Of a stretch of DNA of 64,000 nucleotides, positions 1 through 8,384 are shown one piece after another. The stretch lies in the NCBI GenBank assembly GCA_043732705.1, contig JAYTHE010000029.1, forward strand, positions 3,251-67,250, given 5' to 3'. This stretch comes from Candidatus Omnitrophota bacterium. GTDB lineage: Bacteria > Omnitrophota > Omnitrophia > Omnitrophales > Aquincolibacteriaceae. The translations under genes and the position numbers were made by a program. Position 1 is the first letter of the stretch. Each line of letters opens with the position of its first letter. The notes under the pieces are model-generated. The model was not told the DNA's origin, searched no databases, and worked only from the letters and a program-made list of their open reading frames with translations.

Positions 1-593
1 GCAAACGCGCGTCAAACATCAACTTTTTCAACGCTTCTTCGCCGGGGCCCTTGGGAAGAATATCCTCTATTTTTTTTCCCTCAACCATGCGCGGATCCTG
101 CGTGCGTGCGGAAAGCGCTTCATAGCCATGCGCGTCTTTGATCACAACAACATTACGGTATTCGCCGCCGGAATAAAAACGCACAAAGTCACTGGCGAGT
201 TTTTTATTGAGAAAATGCGTCAGCACACGCGCTTCTTTGGTCGAAATTTGTCCCGCCGTCGCGTCCGCTAAAACTCCGTTGGCCTCGGTCACAAAGTGCA
301 TGGAAAAAGCAACTTCGTTGTCTTCAAGATTGAGCTCGCAATTCGCGGCATCCAACGGGCCGCGTCCCGGATAGTCTTTTTGAATGTCATAACCAATCGC
401 ATTCATCAAAACCGCGTCGGGCGAAAAAGGCGTGCGATCTGTCAGAACTTTAACTGTTCCGACTTTCCCCGATTTTGCAAAAAAATGCAAATTAGAAAGT
501 TTTGCGGCATCCAGCGGTGTGCGCTCCCCGAGCTGCACAACCGGCTTATCACAAGCGCCGGCTAGAACTACTAGTATGTACTTCATGTTCTAC
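1..593 (-). CDS. Cofactor-independent phosphoglycerate mutase-like metalloenzyme (ApgM family; possible non-orthologous homoserine kinase). Partial; C-terminus lies beyond the window start.
   Basis: The minus-strand translation begins [26 protein letters not shown]... and continues in frame to the window edge, typical of ApgM/metalloenzyme-superfamily N-termini. It lies immediately downstream of thrC in a hom-thrC operon. It is not in the ORF track because it runs off the edge. The start overlaps the thrC 3' end by about 45 nt. Confidence 0.55.
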
Positions 594-1661
594 TATCTCC
601 CTGATGGCGGATACTTTCGCATCAACCACCTCATGCTTATCATTGAAACTAAATGCGTAATCCGGATCTTTCAGTCCCGCGCCTGTCAGCGTAATGACAA
701 TTCTTGAACCTTCTTTAAAATAATTTTTCTTCGCAAGTTTCACGACCCCCGCAACCGCCGCCGCTGACGCAGGCTCCGCGAATACCCCCTCGCGCTCGGC
801 AATAAAACGATAGGCTTTCCCGATTTCTTCATCGGTCACGGCATCAATCAATCCGCCGGATTCATCGCGCGCGGCCAAAGCGCCTTTCCAGCTTGCAGGG
901 TTTCCGATACGAATCGCCGTCGCGATTGTTTCAGGCTTTGAAAAAACGCGATCATAAACAATCGGAGCTGAACCTTCCGCCTGAAAACCAAGCATCTTGG
1001 GCAATATTTCAGAGCGTCCTGCTTTCTTATATTCGTTATATCCACGCCAATAAGCAGTGATGTTTCCCGCGTTTCCGACCGGAATCGCGTGGTACTCGGG
1101 CGCCTCGCCCAAATCATCGACAATTTCAAATGCCGCTGTTTTCTGGCCCTCGATTCGGAAAGGATTAATTGAGTTCACTAAAGTAATTTTTCCGTCTTTC
1201 GTCATTTCTTTAACCATTTCAAGCGCGTCATCAAAATTTCCACGAATCACGATAACTTTCGCGCCATAGCGATAGGCCTGCATCAATTTACCCATCGCGA
1301 TTTTCCCGTCCGGAATCAAAACAAAACATTTCATACCGCAGCGTGAAGCATAAGCCGCCGCTGCTGCGGAGGTATTACCCGTTGACGCGCACATGACCGC
1401 CTTTGCACCGGCTTCCGCGGCCTTGGAAATGGCCATCGTCATACCGCGGTCTTTAAAAGAACCCGTGGGGTTGAGCCCCTCAAACTTGTAATAAATACGC
1501 ACATTTTTCAAACCCAATTCATGGGGCAAAGCTTCGGCTAAAATCAGCGGCGTATTACCTTCATTCAAAGAAATAATCGGGGTCGCATCCGTCACCGGCA
1601 AAAATTCCTGATAACGCTCAATGATTCCGATTTTTTTAACCGCAAACTTTTTTGTAACCAT
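549..1661 (-). CDS. thrC: Threonine synthase
   Basis: A 370-aa ORF with the PLP-lysine motif SFKDRG and a glycine-rich PLP loop ([10 protein letters not shown]). It has the full-length PLP-fold type II architecture. Confidence 0.9.
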   Translation of the reverse strand: MVTKKFAVKKIGIIERYQEFLPVTDATPIISLNEGNTPLILAEALPHELGLKNVRIYYKFEGLNPTGSFKDRGMTMAISKAAEAGAKAVMCASTGNTSAAAAAYASRCGMKCFVLIPDGKIAMGKLMQAYRYGAKVIVIRGNFDDALEMVKEMTKDGKITLVNSINPFRIEGQKTAAFEIVDDLGEAPEYHAIPVGNAGNITAYWRGYNEYKKAGRSEILPKMLGFQAEGSAPIVYDRVFSKPETIATAIRIGNPASWKGALAARDESGGLIDAVTDEEIGKAYRFIAEREGVFAEPASAAAVAGVVKLAKKNYFKEGSRIVITLTGAGLKDPDYAFSFNDKHEVVDAKVSAIREIVEHEVHTSSSSRRL

Positions 1662-1680
1662 ACTGCTCTCTTTTTTTCAG

Positions 1681-1700
1681 CTCTGCGCTTTGCGCAACCG
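1681..1700. repeat. REP-like element, family R3 (CTCTGCGC-ttt-GCGCAACCG), between hom and thrC
   Basis: Matches the R3 consensus in the reverse orientation. Confidence 0.5.
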
Positions 1701-1733
1701 CTTGTTTAAGCTTCGGGACGCGCCCGGCTAAAG

Positions 1734-3032
1734 TTACTCTTCAATTCTGAGAACTTGCGACTTGCCTTTGATAGGCTTCATTTTGTCGATTGCCGCTACG
1801 GCCTGCCGGATATTTTTTTCATGCGTTTCATGTGTCAACATAATCAACGGAACAATTTTCCCAACACGGCGTTCCTGCTGGATCACATCAGAAATGCTGA
1901 TATGAAAACGTCCCAAAATATTTGAAATCGACGCCAAGACACCGGGCTGATCAATCACGTGGAATCGCAAATAATAACGCGATTCGATCGAAGAAATATT
2001 CCGCACCGGAATATGTTTTTCGATTCCGCGCATCGAAAGCGAATTCTGCACAGGGCCATAAATCCCACCCTTCGCGATATCTACCAAGTCCGCGAAAACC
2101 GCGCTCGCGGTCGGATGCGCACCCGCGCCTTTTCCGTAAAAAAGAACTTCGCCTACCTCATCACCCTGAATCTGCACCGCATTAAACGAACCGTTCACAC
2201 TCGCGAGAATATGTTTTTCAGGCACCAAAGTCGGCTGAACACGCGCCTCCAGGCCTGCGGCTGAACGCTTGGCAACCGCAAGCAATTTAATCCGGTAGCC
2301 AAAATGCCGCGCGAATTGAATATCTTCGATGTTAATATCCTGAATCCCTTCGCGATAAATCGAATCAAACTTCACGCCGCCGTTAAAGGCATATCGCGCT
2401 AAAATTGTCAGCTTATGCGCCGCATCAGTCCCGTCGATGTCGAGTTTCGGATTGGCCTCGGCATAGCCTTTCGCCTGCGCCTGCTTCAACGCTTCATCAA
2501 AGCTCGTGCCGTCTTCGGTCATGCTGCTTAAAATATAATTGCTTGTGCCGTTGATGATCGAATAAATCGATTGAATCTTATTCGCGACCAAACCTTCGCG
2601 CAAAGCCTTCATCACCGGAATTCCGCCCGCAACGCTTGCTTCAAAACAAATCCAGCGTTTCTTTTGATACGCCAACTTAAAGATCTCGTCGCCATGCTCA
2701 GCAAGCAAAGCTTTGTTGGCAGTCACGACATGTTTGCCGTTCTTCAACGCTTCACGTACCAAAACGCGGGCTTCGCGCGTACCGCCGATTAATTCCACCA
2801 CCGCGTCAATCGAAGGGTCTTTGACAACAAGCTTCGCGTTGTCGGTCAAAAGATGCGCGGGAACCTTAAAAGAGCGTTTTTTGGAAAGATTTTTAACCGC
2901 AATTTTGCGAATTTCGAAATCCACGCCCAATTGGCTGATAAACCATGACCGTTTTGAATGGAGAATCTCCACCAACCCGGTGCCGACCTGCCCTAAACCC
3001 AAGATACCAATACGAATTTTCTGAATACCCAT
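1734..3032 (-). CDS. hom: Homoserine dehydrogenase
   Basis: A 432-aa ORF with an N-terminal Rossmann motif (IGILGLGQVGTG), the homoserine dehydrogenase catalytic core and a C-terminal ACT-like domain. It is adjacent to thrC. Confidence 0.9.
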   Translation of the reverse strand: MGIQKIRIGILGLGQVGTGLVEILHSKRSWFISQLGVDFEIRKIAVKNLSKKRSFKVPAHLLTDNAKLVVKDPSIDAVVELIGGTREARVLVREALKNGKHVVTANKALLAEHGDEIFKLAYQKKRWICFEASVAGGIPVMKALREGLVANKIQSIYSIINGTSNYILSSMTEDGTSFDEALKQAQAKGYAEANPKLDIDGTDAAHKLTILARYAFNGGVKFDSIYREGIQDINIEDIQFARHFGYRIKLLAVAKRSAAGLEARVQPTLVPEKHILASVNGSFNAVQIQGDEVGEVLFYGKGAGAHPTASAVFADLVDIAKGGIYGPVQNSLSMRGIEKHIPVRNISSIESRYYLRFHVIDQPGVLASISNILGRFHISISDVIQQERRVGKIVPLIMLTHETHEKNIRQAVAAIDKMKPIKGKSQVLRIEE

Positions 3033-3402
3033 AACACCAAAAGTGCTAGAAGCGGTTTCATAAATAGTCGTAAAGTCAAAGAATTGAGAGGCGCAAGTAG
3101 GGCAAGAAGTCCGAAGCAGGCAATGTCAAATGCACATTGTCGATGCAGGACGACGAAGCCATACGAAGCTCATATCAATTCGACACTTACGAATACTTAT
3201 GAATTCGCTTCTAAATTAACCCCTAAAACGAGCCTGGATTATAACATAGAAGCCTATTTGAGCTGTATTGGGATTTGGAATTTTTCACCCAAGGGAGTAT
3301 ACTGAGCCCTGATTACAGACCAACGACCAAGGACTAATGGCCTTTTTACTGTCTGTAGTCTTCTGTCTTTAGTCTTCGGTCTGGGTTGAAGGGATCACAA
3401 AC

Positions 3403-3822
3403 ATGCGCAATATATTTAAATTTTTTTTGATTCTTGGGATATGTGCTTTAAGCGTCGGCATGTCACGTCGCGGACAATATGACGAAGAAGCACGGGACGT
3501 TGAAAAATTTCAAAAAGATTATGACAAGGCCGGCTATTCCGCCGCCAAACCCGTGGAAGATGTCGCGTCCGGAGTTAAACAAGCTACGTATGACAGCACC
3601 AAAGCGCTGATTAGTTCTACGGCCGAAGGCACCGCGGACAATCCCCCGATAGTCGGAACCGTTAAAGGCGTAGCGGACGGAGCGGGTAAAGTTCTAGAAA
3701 ATACTTCCAAGGGAATCGCGAAAGTCGCGACATTAGGCCGTGCCGACACCAGCACCTTCCGCGTTGAAGATCCCGAACACGGCAAAGAGAATGACACTAC
3801 TAAGGTAAAGTTTAACTTCTAA
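3403..3822 (+). CDS. Small secreted hypothetical protein (139 aa) with an N-terminal signal peptide
   Basis: The ORF begins MRNIFKFFLILGICALSVG (hydrophobic h-region) and is followed by Gly/Ala/Lys-rich low-complexity sequence ending KVKFNF. No recognisable catalytic motif. Confidence 0.45.
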   Translation: MRNIFKFFLILGICALSVGMSRRGQYDEEARDVEKFQKDYDKAGYSAAKPVEDVASGVKQATYDSTKALISSTAEGTADNPPIVGTVKGVADGAGKVLENTSKGIAKVATLGRADTSTFRVEDPEHGKENDTTKVKFNF

Positions 3823-3842
3823 TCGAAATTAAACTTTACTTA
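3817..3842. repeat. 26-bp direct repeat, copy 1 (ttctaatcgaaattaaactttactta). It overlaps the stop codon of the 3403..3822 gene.
   Basis: Read directly; the second copy at 3890..3915 is 25/26 identical. Confidence 0.7.
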
Positions 3843-3889
3843 TAAGTCAGTGTTACTTATGGCACACAGCAAGCTTGCGCCATCATAAT

Positions 3890-3915
3890 TTCTAATCGAA
3901 ATTAAATTTTACTTA
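3890..3915. repeat. 26-bp direct repeat, copy 2 (ttctaatcgaaattaaattttactta). It overlaps the stop codon of the 3902..4498 gene.
   Basis: Read directly; pairs with 3817..3842. The 47-bp spacer contains the 10-bp palindrome GCAAGCTTGC. Confidence 0.7.
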
Positions 3916-4498
3916 AAAAAGACTCGCTTAGCGCTTCTGGCTTTGCTTTCTGCCCCCAAAGCTTCTTGGAATATTGCTTCAGGAAAAAAAGTACGTGCTC
4001 TTTGAATTGGCCGATTTCCAACGACAAATCGCTGGATCGGAATGCCTGCGCCCAAACCTTGATTATTCTTTCAGGTTTGATTTTCTTTTTTGCAATAATT
4101 TTCACCATATCTTGGATGTCTAACTCGAGAAAGCGAGTCATCTTCCCGATCGTCCAATAACCCGGCTCAATAAGTTTGATATTGAGTTTTCCGGTTTTTC
4201 TATAAGGCAGCGCAGTTTTGCGGTAATTTAAATAACTGACCATTGACCAGCCGCCAATATTCTCGGAAAAGTTCACCGCGACACCGGTTTCACGTGCTGT
4301 TTTTAAAATGATCTCCGCCAACCGCTTTTTTTGTGCCGGCGTATTCCGGCTCAGGCGAATTTCAAAGTCGATATCAAAACTGGGACGTACATGCCCCATG
4401 AGCGACGCGGCGCTTGCTCCGACGACAATCACTGTCGCGTTCCGGTCAAGGTTGATGTCGAGCCGTTTAAAAAATTCGTGGATTTTCTTTTTATTCAT
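3902..4498 (-). CDS. Minimal nucleotidyltransferase-fold protein (198 aa), a candidate toxin or effector partner of the upstream HTH gene
   Basis: Motif VVGASAASLMGHVRPSFDIDFEI fits the NTase hG[GS]-x(9-13)-[DE]h[DE]h signature. Its start overlaps the stop of the 4491..4967 gene by 8 nt, so the two are translationally coupled. Confidence 0.5.
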   Translation of the reverse strand: MNKKKIHEFFKRLDINLDRNATVIVVGASAASLMGHVRPSFDIDFEIRLSRNTPAQKKRLAEIILKTARETGVAVNFSENIGGWSMVSYLNYRKTALPYRKTGKLNIKLIEPGYWTIGKMTRFLELDIQDMVKIIAKKKIKPERIIKVWAQAFRSSDLSLEIGQFKEHVLFFLKQYSKKLWGQKAKPEALSESFLSKI

Positions 4499-4967
4499 TC
4501 GTCTTCTTTTCCTTTTGTCTCATTTCCGCGTCGCGGACTCGCGCATGCAAACTGTTAATCGCCTGCTTAGGCAGAATCGCGCGTAGTTGCCGCCAGGCCT
4601 TATACGTTCTCCCCAACCGCGCCTGCGCGGCGGAATGAGGGCGTAAATCTCCGAACAGTTTTGCGATTTCTCTGTCCTCTCCCGTAAGTTTGGGGTGCCC
4701 CTTAACAATTGCCTCCGCTAATTTTTCAATGCGCTCGCGGGAGAGCGGCACGACTTCCGGTGTTTTTTCGACTTCGCGGAAAAAATCGGCGAGCGAACAA
4801 TTCAGTACGGACGCAATGCGCTGCAGCGTGCCGACTGTTACATCCTGTTTACCTTTTTCGATATTAGATAAATTCGGCTGCGGCACACTCACAAGCCGCG
4901 AAAGCTCGCGCTGGGTCAGCCCCCGTTTCATCCTCAGTTGAAAAACCACATCTCCGACTTGCTTCAT
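4491..4967 (-). CDS. XRE-family helix-turn-helix transcriptional regulator (158 aa)
   Basis: N-terminal segment LRMKRGLTQRELSRLVSVPQPNLSNIEKGKQDVTVGTLQRIASVL is a canonical Cro/C1 HTH. The C-terminal roughly 90 aa are of unknown function. Confidence 0.65.
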   Translation of the reverse strand: MKQVGDVVFQLRMKRGLTQRELSRLVSVPQPNLSNIEKGKQDVTVGTLQRIASVLNCSLADFFREVEKTPEVVPLSRERIEKLAEAIVKGHPKLTGEDREIAKLFGDLRPHSAAQARLGRTYKAWRQLRAILPKQAINSLHARVRDAEMRQKEKKTNE

Positions 4968-4972
4968 AGTTA

Positions 4973-4995
4973 TAATATAGCATATTTACTATATT
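4973..4995. promoter_or_regulatory. Perfect 8-bp inverted repeat (TAATATAG-n7-CTATATTA) overlapping -10-like TATATT/TATAAC boxes directly upstream of the HTH gene start. This is a candidate autoregulatory operator and leaderless promoter.
   Basis: Read directly in the AT-rich 60-bp upstream region of the 4491..4967 gene. Confidence 0.35.
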
Positions 4996-5029
4996 ACGCA
5001 ATATGTAAAATCGGTTTTAATATCCTGAC

Positions 5030-5308
5030 TTAATTATCAATACAGAAGGGACTGGGCAGAAGACATTCGAGGAAGATTCCCAGAGCTAAATTGCGATCAT
5101 ATGAGCCTTCCATACTCGACCATATTGCTGGCTCGCACTGATGTGGAATAGCGCTGAAAGCATCGCGGGCAAAAAAAGTATCCTTATAACAGTCACAACC
5201 TGCAGCCTCGCGGCTTTCAAAAACAATTTCGCTTTTGCCATCGCTACAAGAGCAATACTTAAAAGGCGGAATCGGCGCAGGAACTAGATCTTTAAAGTCT
5301 TCGGCCAT
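5030..5308 (-). CDS. Hypothetical Cys-rich small protein (92 aa)
   Basis: ORF with clustered Cys (CSCSDG ... GCDCY ... HQCE). There is no clear RBS and it could be spurious. Confidence 0.3.
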   Translation of the reverse strand: MAEDFKDLVPAPIPPFKYCSCSDGKSEIVFESREAAGCDCYKDTFFARDAFSAIPHQCEPAIWSSMEGSYDRNLALGIFLECLLPSPFCIDN

Positions 5309-5350
5309 AACCCGGCCAAAGTGTTTGGTAAAATCCGCTCAAAATAATTT

Positions 5351-5440
5351 GGATACTAGGCGCATCCTAGCGACTGCGGAGGTGTATGCGGTAATACGCC
5401 GTACAAAAAAGCGAAGGTCGCAACGAAGTAGATGGATCTG
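5351..5440. repeat. Structured intergenic repeat, family R1, copy A (about 90 nt)
   Basis: About 75% identical to 15070..15159 (shared AGCGACyGCGGAGGyGTATGCGGyAATACGCCGyACA ... AACGAAGyAGATG). It lies between the Cys-rich ORF and the msbA stop. Confidence 0.7.
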
Positions 5441-5492
5441 TCGTGCGCGAGCCTTATCGAGCGCACAAAACAAAACTGTCAGTGGGATTTGG

Positions 5493-7277
5493 TTATTCGC
5501 GGAATTGGAGATCGTAGAGGTCTTTGTAAAGTCCCCCGCTTTTAAGAAGCGCATCATGTGTTCCCTCTTCCATAACCTTGCCCTCACGAAGAACAATAAT
5601 GCGGTTGGCTTTCTTCACTGTGGAAAGACGATGCGCGATCACAAGCACGGTTCTGCCGCGCATTAAATTTTCGAGTGCGATTTGAACTTCGAATTCACTG
5701 TGCGTATCAAGGTTAGATGTGGCTTCATCTAAAATCAAAATCGGCGGGTTTTTTAAAATGGCACGCGCAATCGAAAGCCGCTGGCGCTGTCCGCCCGACA
5801 AATTCATTCCACGCTCTCCGATGTTCGTATCATAACCTTGGGGCATAGCTGAAATAAAATCATGCGCCTGCGCGGCCTGGGCCGACGCAATCACGGTTTC
5901 AATCGATGCATTCGGATCCGAGTAAGCAATATTTTCGCGAACCGTTCCGTTAAAAAGCACCGTGTCTTGCGTCACAATCGCAATCATCGCGCGCAGCGAA
6001 TGAAGCGTCATTTTGCGCAAATCAGTTCCATTCACCTGAATACTGCCCGACGCGGGGTCATAGAAACGCGGCAATAAATTCGCGAGCGTGCTTTTACCTG
6101 AACCGCTTTGCCCCACAAGCGCAACGACCTCGCCCGCTTTAATTTTAAAATTAAAGTTCGAAAAAATTTCAGGGCCTGTCGGGTAACGGAAAGTTAAATT
6201 TTCATAACTGATTTCCCGCACCGGCTCTTTGAAATCAACAGCATCGGGAAGATCGCGCACGGAAGGAACTTCATCCAAAATTTCAAAAATTCTGGAGCCC
6301 GCGGCAACTGACTGTTGGATGGTACCGTTCACTTTGCTGATTTTTTTGACCGGCTCATACAGCAAAAAAAGCGCCGCTAAAAAAGAAGTGAATCGTTCGG
6401 GCGTAAATTTATCGATCGACATTCCGATCGCGACCGCGGCGCCAACAGCGCCCATCATTTCAATCATCGGCCGCTGAAGAATGGTGACACGAACTGTTTT
6501 TTTATAATGATCAAACACGCTTTTGTTGATCGCGTTAAATTTAGCAATCATGCGGTTTTCCTGATTAAACGCCTTCACAATCGCCATACCCATCAAACTC
6601 TCGCCGATAAAAGAAGTAATTTCTCCGGTGCGCTCCTGCATTTTTTTGGTCGTACGGCGCAGTGATTTTCCAAAAATAACAATCGGAAATGCCACCACGG
6701 AGAAAACAGCGACAGCCACAAGCCCGCCCATGCCGCCCCACAATATAACGGGCGGCAATAAACAGATTACGGTGATCGGCTGTTTCACAATGTCGGTCAA
6801 AACATCGGTCACAGCAGCCTGAATGGCGCCGACATCATTCGTGATGCGGCTGAGAAAATCGCCGGTTTTACCGCGTGAATAAAAATCACTCGAAAGCTGG
6901 GTTAAATGCGCGAATAAATCTTCGCGTACTTTTTTTATCGCGCGTAACCCCACATTCATCATTTGATAATTGAGAATATAATCAAACAAACTGCGCAAGC
7001 CAATAATTCCAAAAATAAGAACGGGCAGCCATGCCACGCTAAAGTGAATATCTATGGGGATATGCATATGCGGGAAGCTTTGTCCGTTTAAAATAACTTC
7101 GCGCTTATTAGAAAGGCCGTTAATCGTTAAATAAGGAATGGCGGAAGCTAAAGCCATCGTCAGCGCATAGCCTACCATCGCAACCACGGCAATCGCAAAA
7201 CGCCAAAGATGCGGGCGGATATACTGCAAAAGGCGCCGGTAGATGACGAATGAATGCATTTCTTTCTTGTCTGCCAT
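5493..7277 (-). CDS. msbA: Lipid A/lipid export ABC transporter, fused permease-ATPase (MsbA-like)
   Basis: Six-TM exporter domain followed by Walker A GQSGSGKST, the ABC signature LSGGQRQR and Walker B ILILDEATS. The start is chosen at MADKKEMHSF (7277) rather than the upstream in-frame ATG. Confidence 0.85.
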   Translation of the reverse strand: MADKKEMHSFVIYRRLLQYIRPHLWRFAIAVVAMVGYALTMALASAIPYLTINGLSNKREVILNGQSFPHMHIPIDIHFSVAWLPVLIFGIIGLRSLFDYILNYQMMNVGLRAIKKVREDLFAHLTQLSSDFYSRGKTGDFLSRITNDVGAIQAAVTDVLTDIVKQPITVICLLPPVILWGGMGGLVAVAVFSVVAFPIVIFGKSLRRTTKKMQERTGEITSFIGESLMGMAIVKAFNQENRMIAKFNAINKSVFDHYKKTVRVTILQRPMIEMMGAVGAAVAIGMSIDKFTPERFTSFLAALFLLYEPVKKISKVNGTIQQSVAAGSRIFEILDEVPSVRDLPDAVDFKEPVREISYENLTFRYPTGPEIFSNFNFKIKAGEVVALVGQSGSGKSTLANLLPRFYDPASGSIQVNGTDLRKMTLHSLRAMIAIVTQDTVLFNGTVRENIAYSDPNASIETVIASAQAAQAHDFISAMPQGYDTNIGERGMNLSGGQRQRLSIARAILKNPPILILDEATSNLDTHSEFEVQIALENLMRGRTVLVIAHRLSTVKKANRIIVLREGKVMEEGTHDALLKSGGLYKDLYDLQFRE

Positions 7278-7372
7278 ACAAAAACTCCCTTTAAACGAGC
7301 GGTATTCTAACATCACTATCCACCATTCACAATTCATTCGCCGCAGCCGATTTATTTTTGAGCCGTGGCACA

Positions 7373-7425
7373 GCGCTTCCGCCCTATTCAAATGGCAAAT
7401 AGCCATTTGAATAGGGCGGAAGCGC
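7373..7425. promoter_or_regulatory. 24-bp perfect inverted repeat with a 5-nt loop (gcgcttccgccctattcaaatggc aaata gccatttgaatagggcggaagcgc). Candidate operator.
   Basis: Read directly in the divergent msbA / Gfo-lpxB intergenic region. The right arm carries the -35 box of the adjacent promoter. Confidence 0.6.
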
Positions 7426-7434
7426 TAGTATAAT
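7407..7434 (+). promoter_or_regulatory. Sigma-70-type promoter TTGAAT-16nt-TATAAT. The -10 ends 6 nt before the ATG at 7441, implying a leaderless transcript.
   Basis: TTGAAT at 7407..7412, TATAAT at 7429..7434, ATG at 7441. Confidence 0.5.
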
Positions 7435-7440
7435 CCCCCA

Positions 7441-8382
7441 ATGACAAAGAAACTACGTGTCGGGGTTGTCGGAATCGGTTACCTGGGTAAAATCCATACC
7501 CGCATTTATAATGAGCTGGCTGAAGCGGAATTGGTCGGAATTTGCGACTCTAATCCGGAAACAAAAATCAAAGCGGATGAATATGGTACTGCTTTCTTTA
7601 CCGATCATCGCGACCTCATCGGCAAAGTGGATGCGGTGAGCATCGTCACCCCCACTTTCACGCATCATGCCGTTGCCAAAGATTTTCTGAACGCCGGAAT
7701 TCATACTCTGATTGAAAAGCCCATTACGCTTAAAATCGAAGATGCCGACGAATTGATTGCGATCGCCCGTCGTAAAAAGCTAGCTTTACAGGTCGGCCAT
7801 CTCGAGCGGCACAATCCCGGATTCAAACGCATTGCTGAAATTATCCAAAATGTGGGCTTTCTTGAAATTCACCGCCTCGGGCCTTTTACCGGGCGCATCA
7901 ATGATTGCGGCGTCGTGCTTGATCTGATGATCCACGATCTCGACATTTTGCTCGGGCTTGTTAAATCCCCCATCAAAAATTTTGACGCGATGGGCATTCA
8001 TGTTTTAACTCCCTTTGAAGATATTGCAAACGTACGTATTCGTTTTGAAAATGGCGCCGTCGCAAATCTCACGGCTTCACGCCTGACATTTGAAAAACAG
8101 CGGCGTTTGCGCGTTTTTCAAGAGAACGGTTATCTCTCACTCGACTATGAAGCTCAAAGCTGCAAAATCATCCGTAAAATCGGCGATCAAATTGAGCAGG
8201 AAACCATTGATATTCAAAAAGGCGAACCACTCAAAGAAGAGCTGCGCTTTTTCATCAACAGTATTTTAGACGGCACAGGCCCCGGAAATCCTGATACGGC
8301 AGCGCGCGATGCTTTGGCGCTTGCGATTCAAATCCGCGACTCCATCGACGAACAAGTCAAATCCCGTTCTGTATTGAAATAA
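7441..8382 (+). CDS. Gfo/Idh/MocA-family NAD(P)-dependent oxidoreductase
   Basis: N-terminal Rossmann motif VGVVGIGYLGKIH and the conserved EKP motif of the family. It ends 2 nt before lpxB. Confidence 0.8.
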   Translation: MTKKLRVGVVGIGYLGKIHTRIYNELAEAELVGICDSNPETKIKADEYGTAFFTDHRDLIGKVDAVSIVTPTFTHHAVAKDFLNAGIHTLIEKPITLKIEDADELIAIARRKKLALQVGHLERHNPGFKRIAEIIQNVGFLEIHRLGPFTGRINDCGVVLDLMIHDLDILLGLVKSPIKNFDAMGIHVLTPFEDIANVRIRFENGAVANLTASRLTFEKQRRLRVFQENGYLSLDYEAQSCKIIRKIGDQIEQETIDIQKGEPLKEELRFFINSILDGTGPGNPDTAARDALALAIQIRDSIDEQVKSRSVLK

Positions 8383-8384
8383 AA

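Noticed and set aside
5493-7406. The upstream in-frame ATG at 7406, which gives a 637-aa MsbA
   Set aside because: The extra 43 residues (MAICHLNRAEALCHGSKINRLRRMNCEWWIVMLEYRSFKGSFC) are Cys/Trp-rich junk. The canonical MsbA N-terminus begins at MADKKEMHSFVIYRRLLQYIRP (7277).
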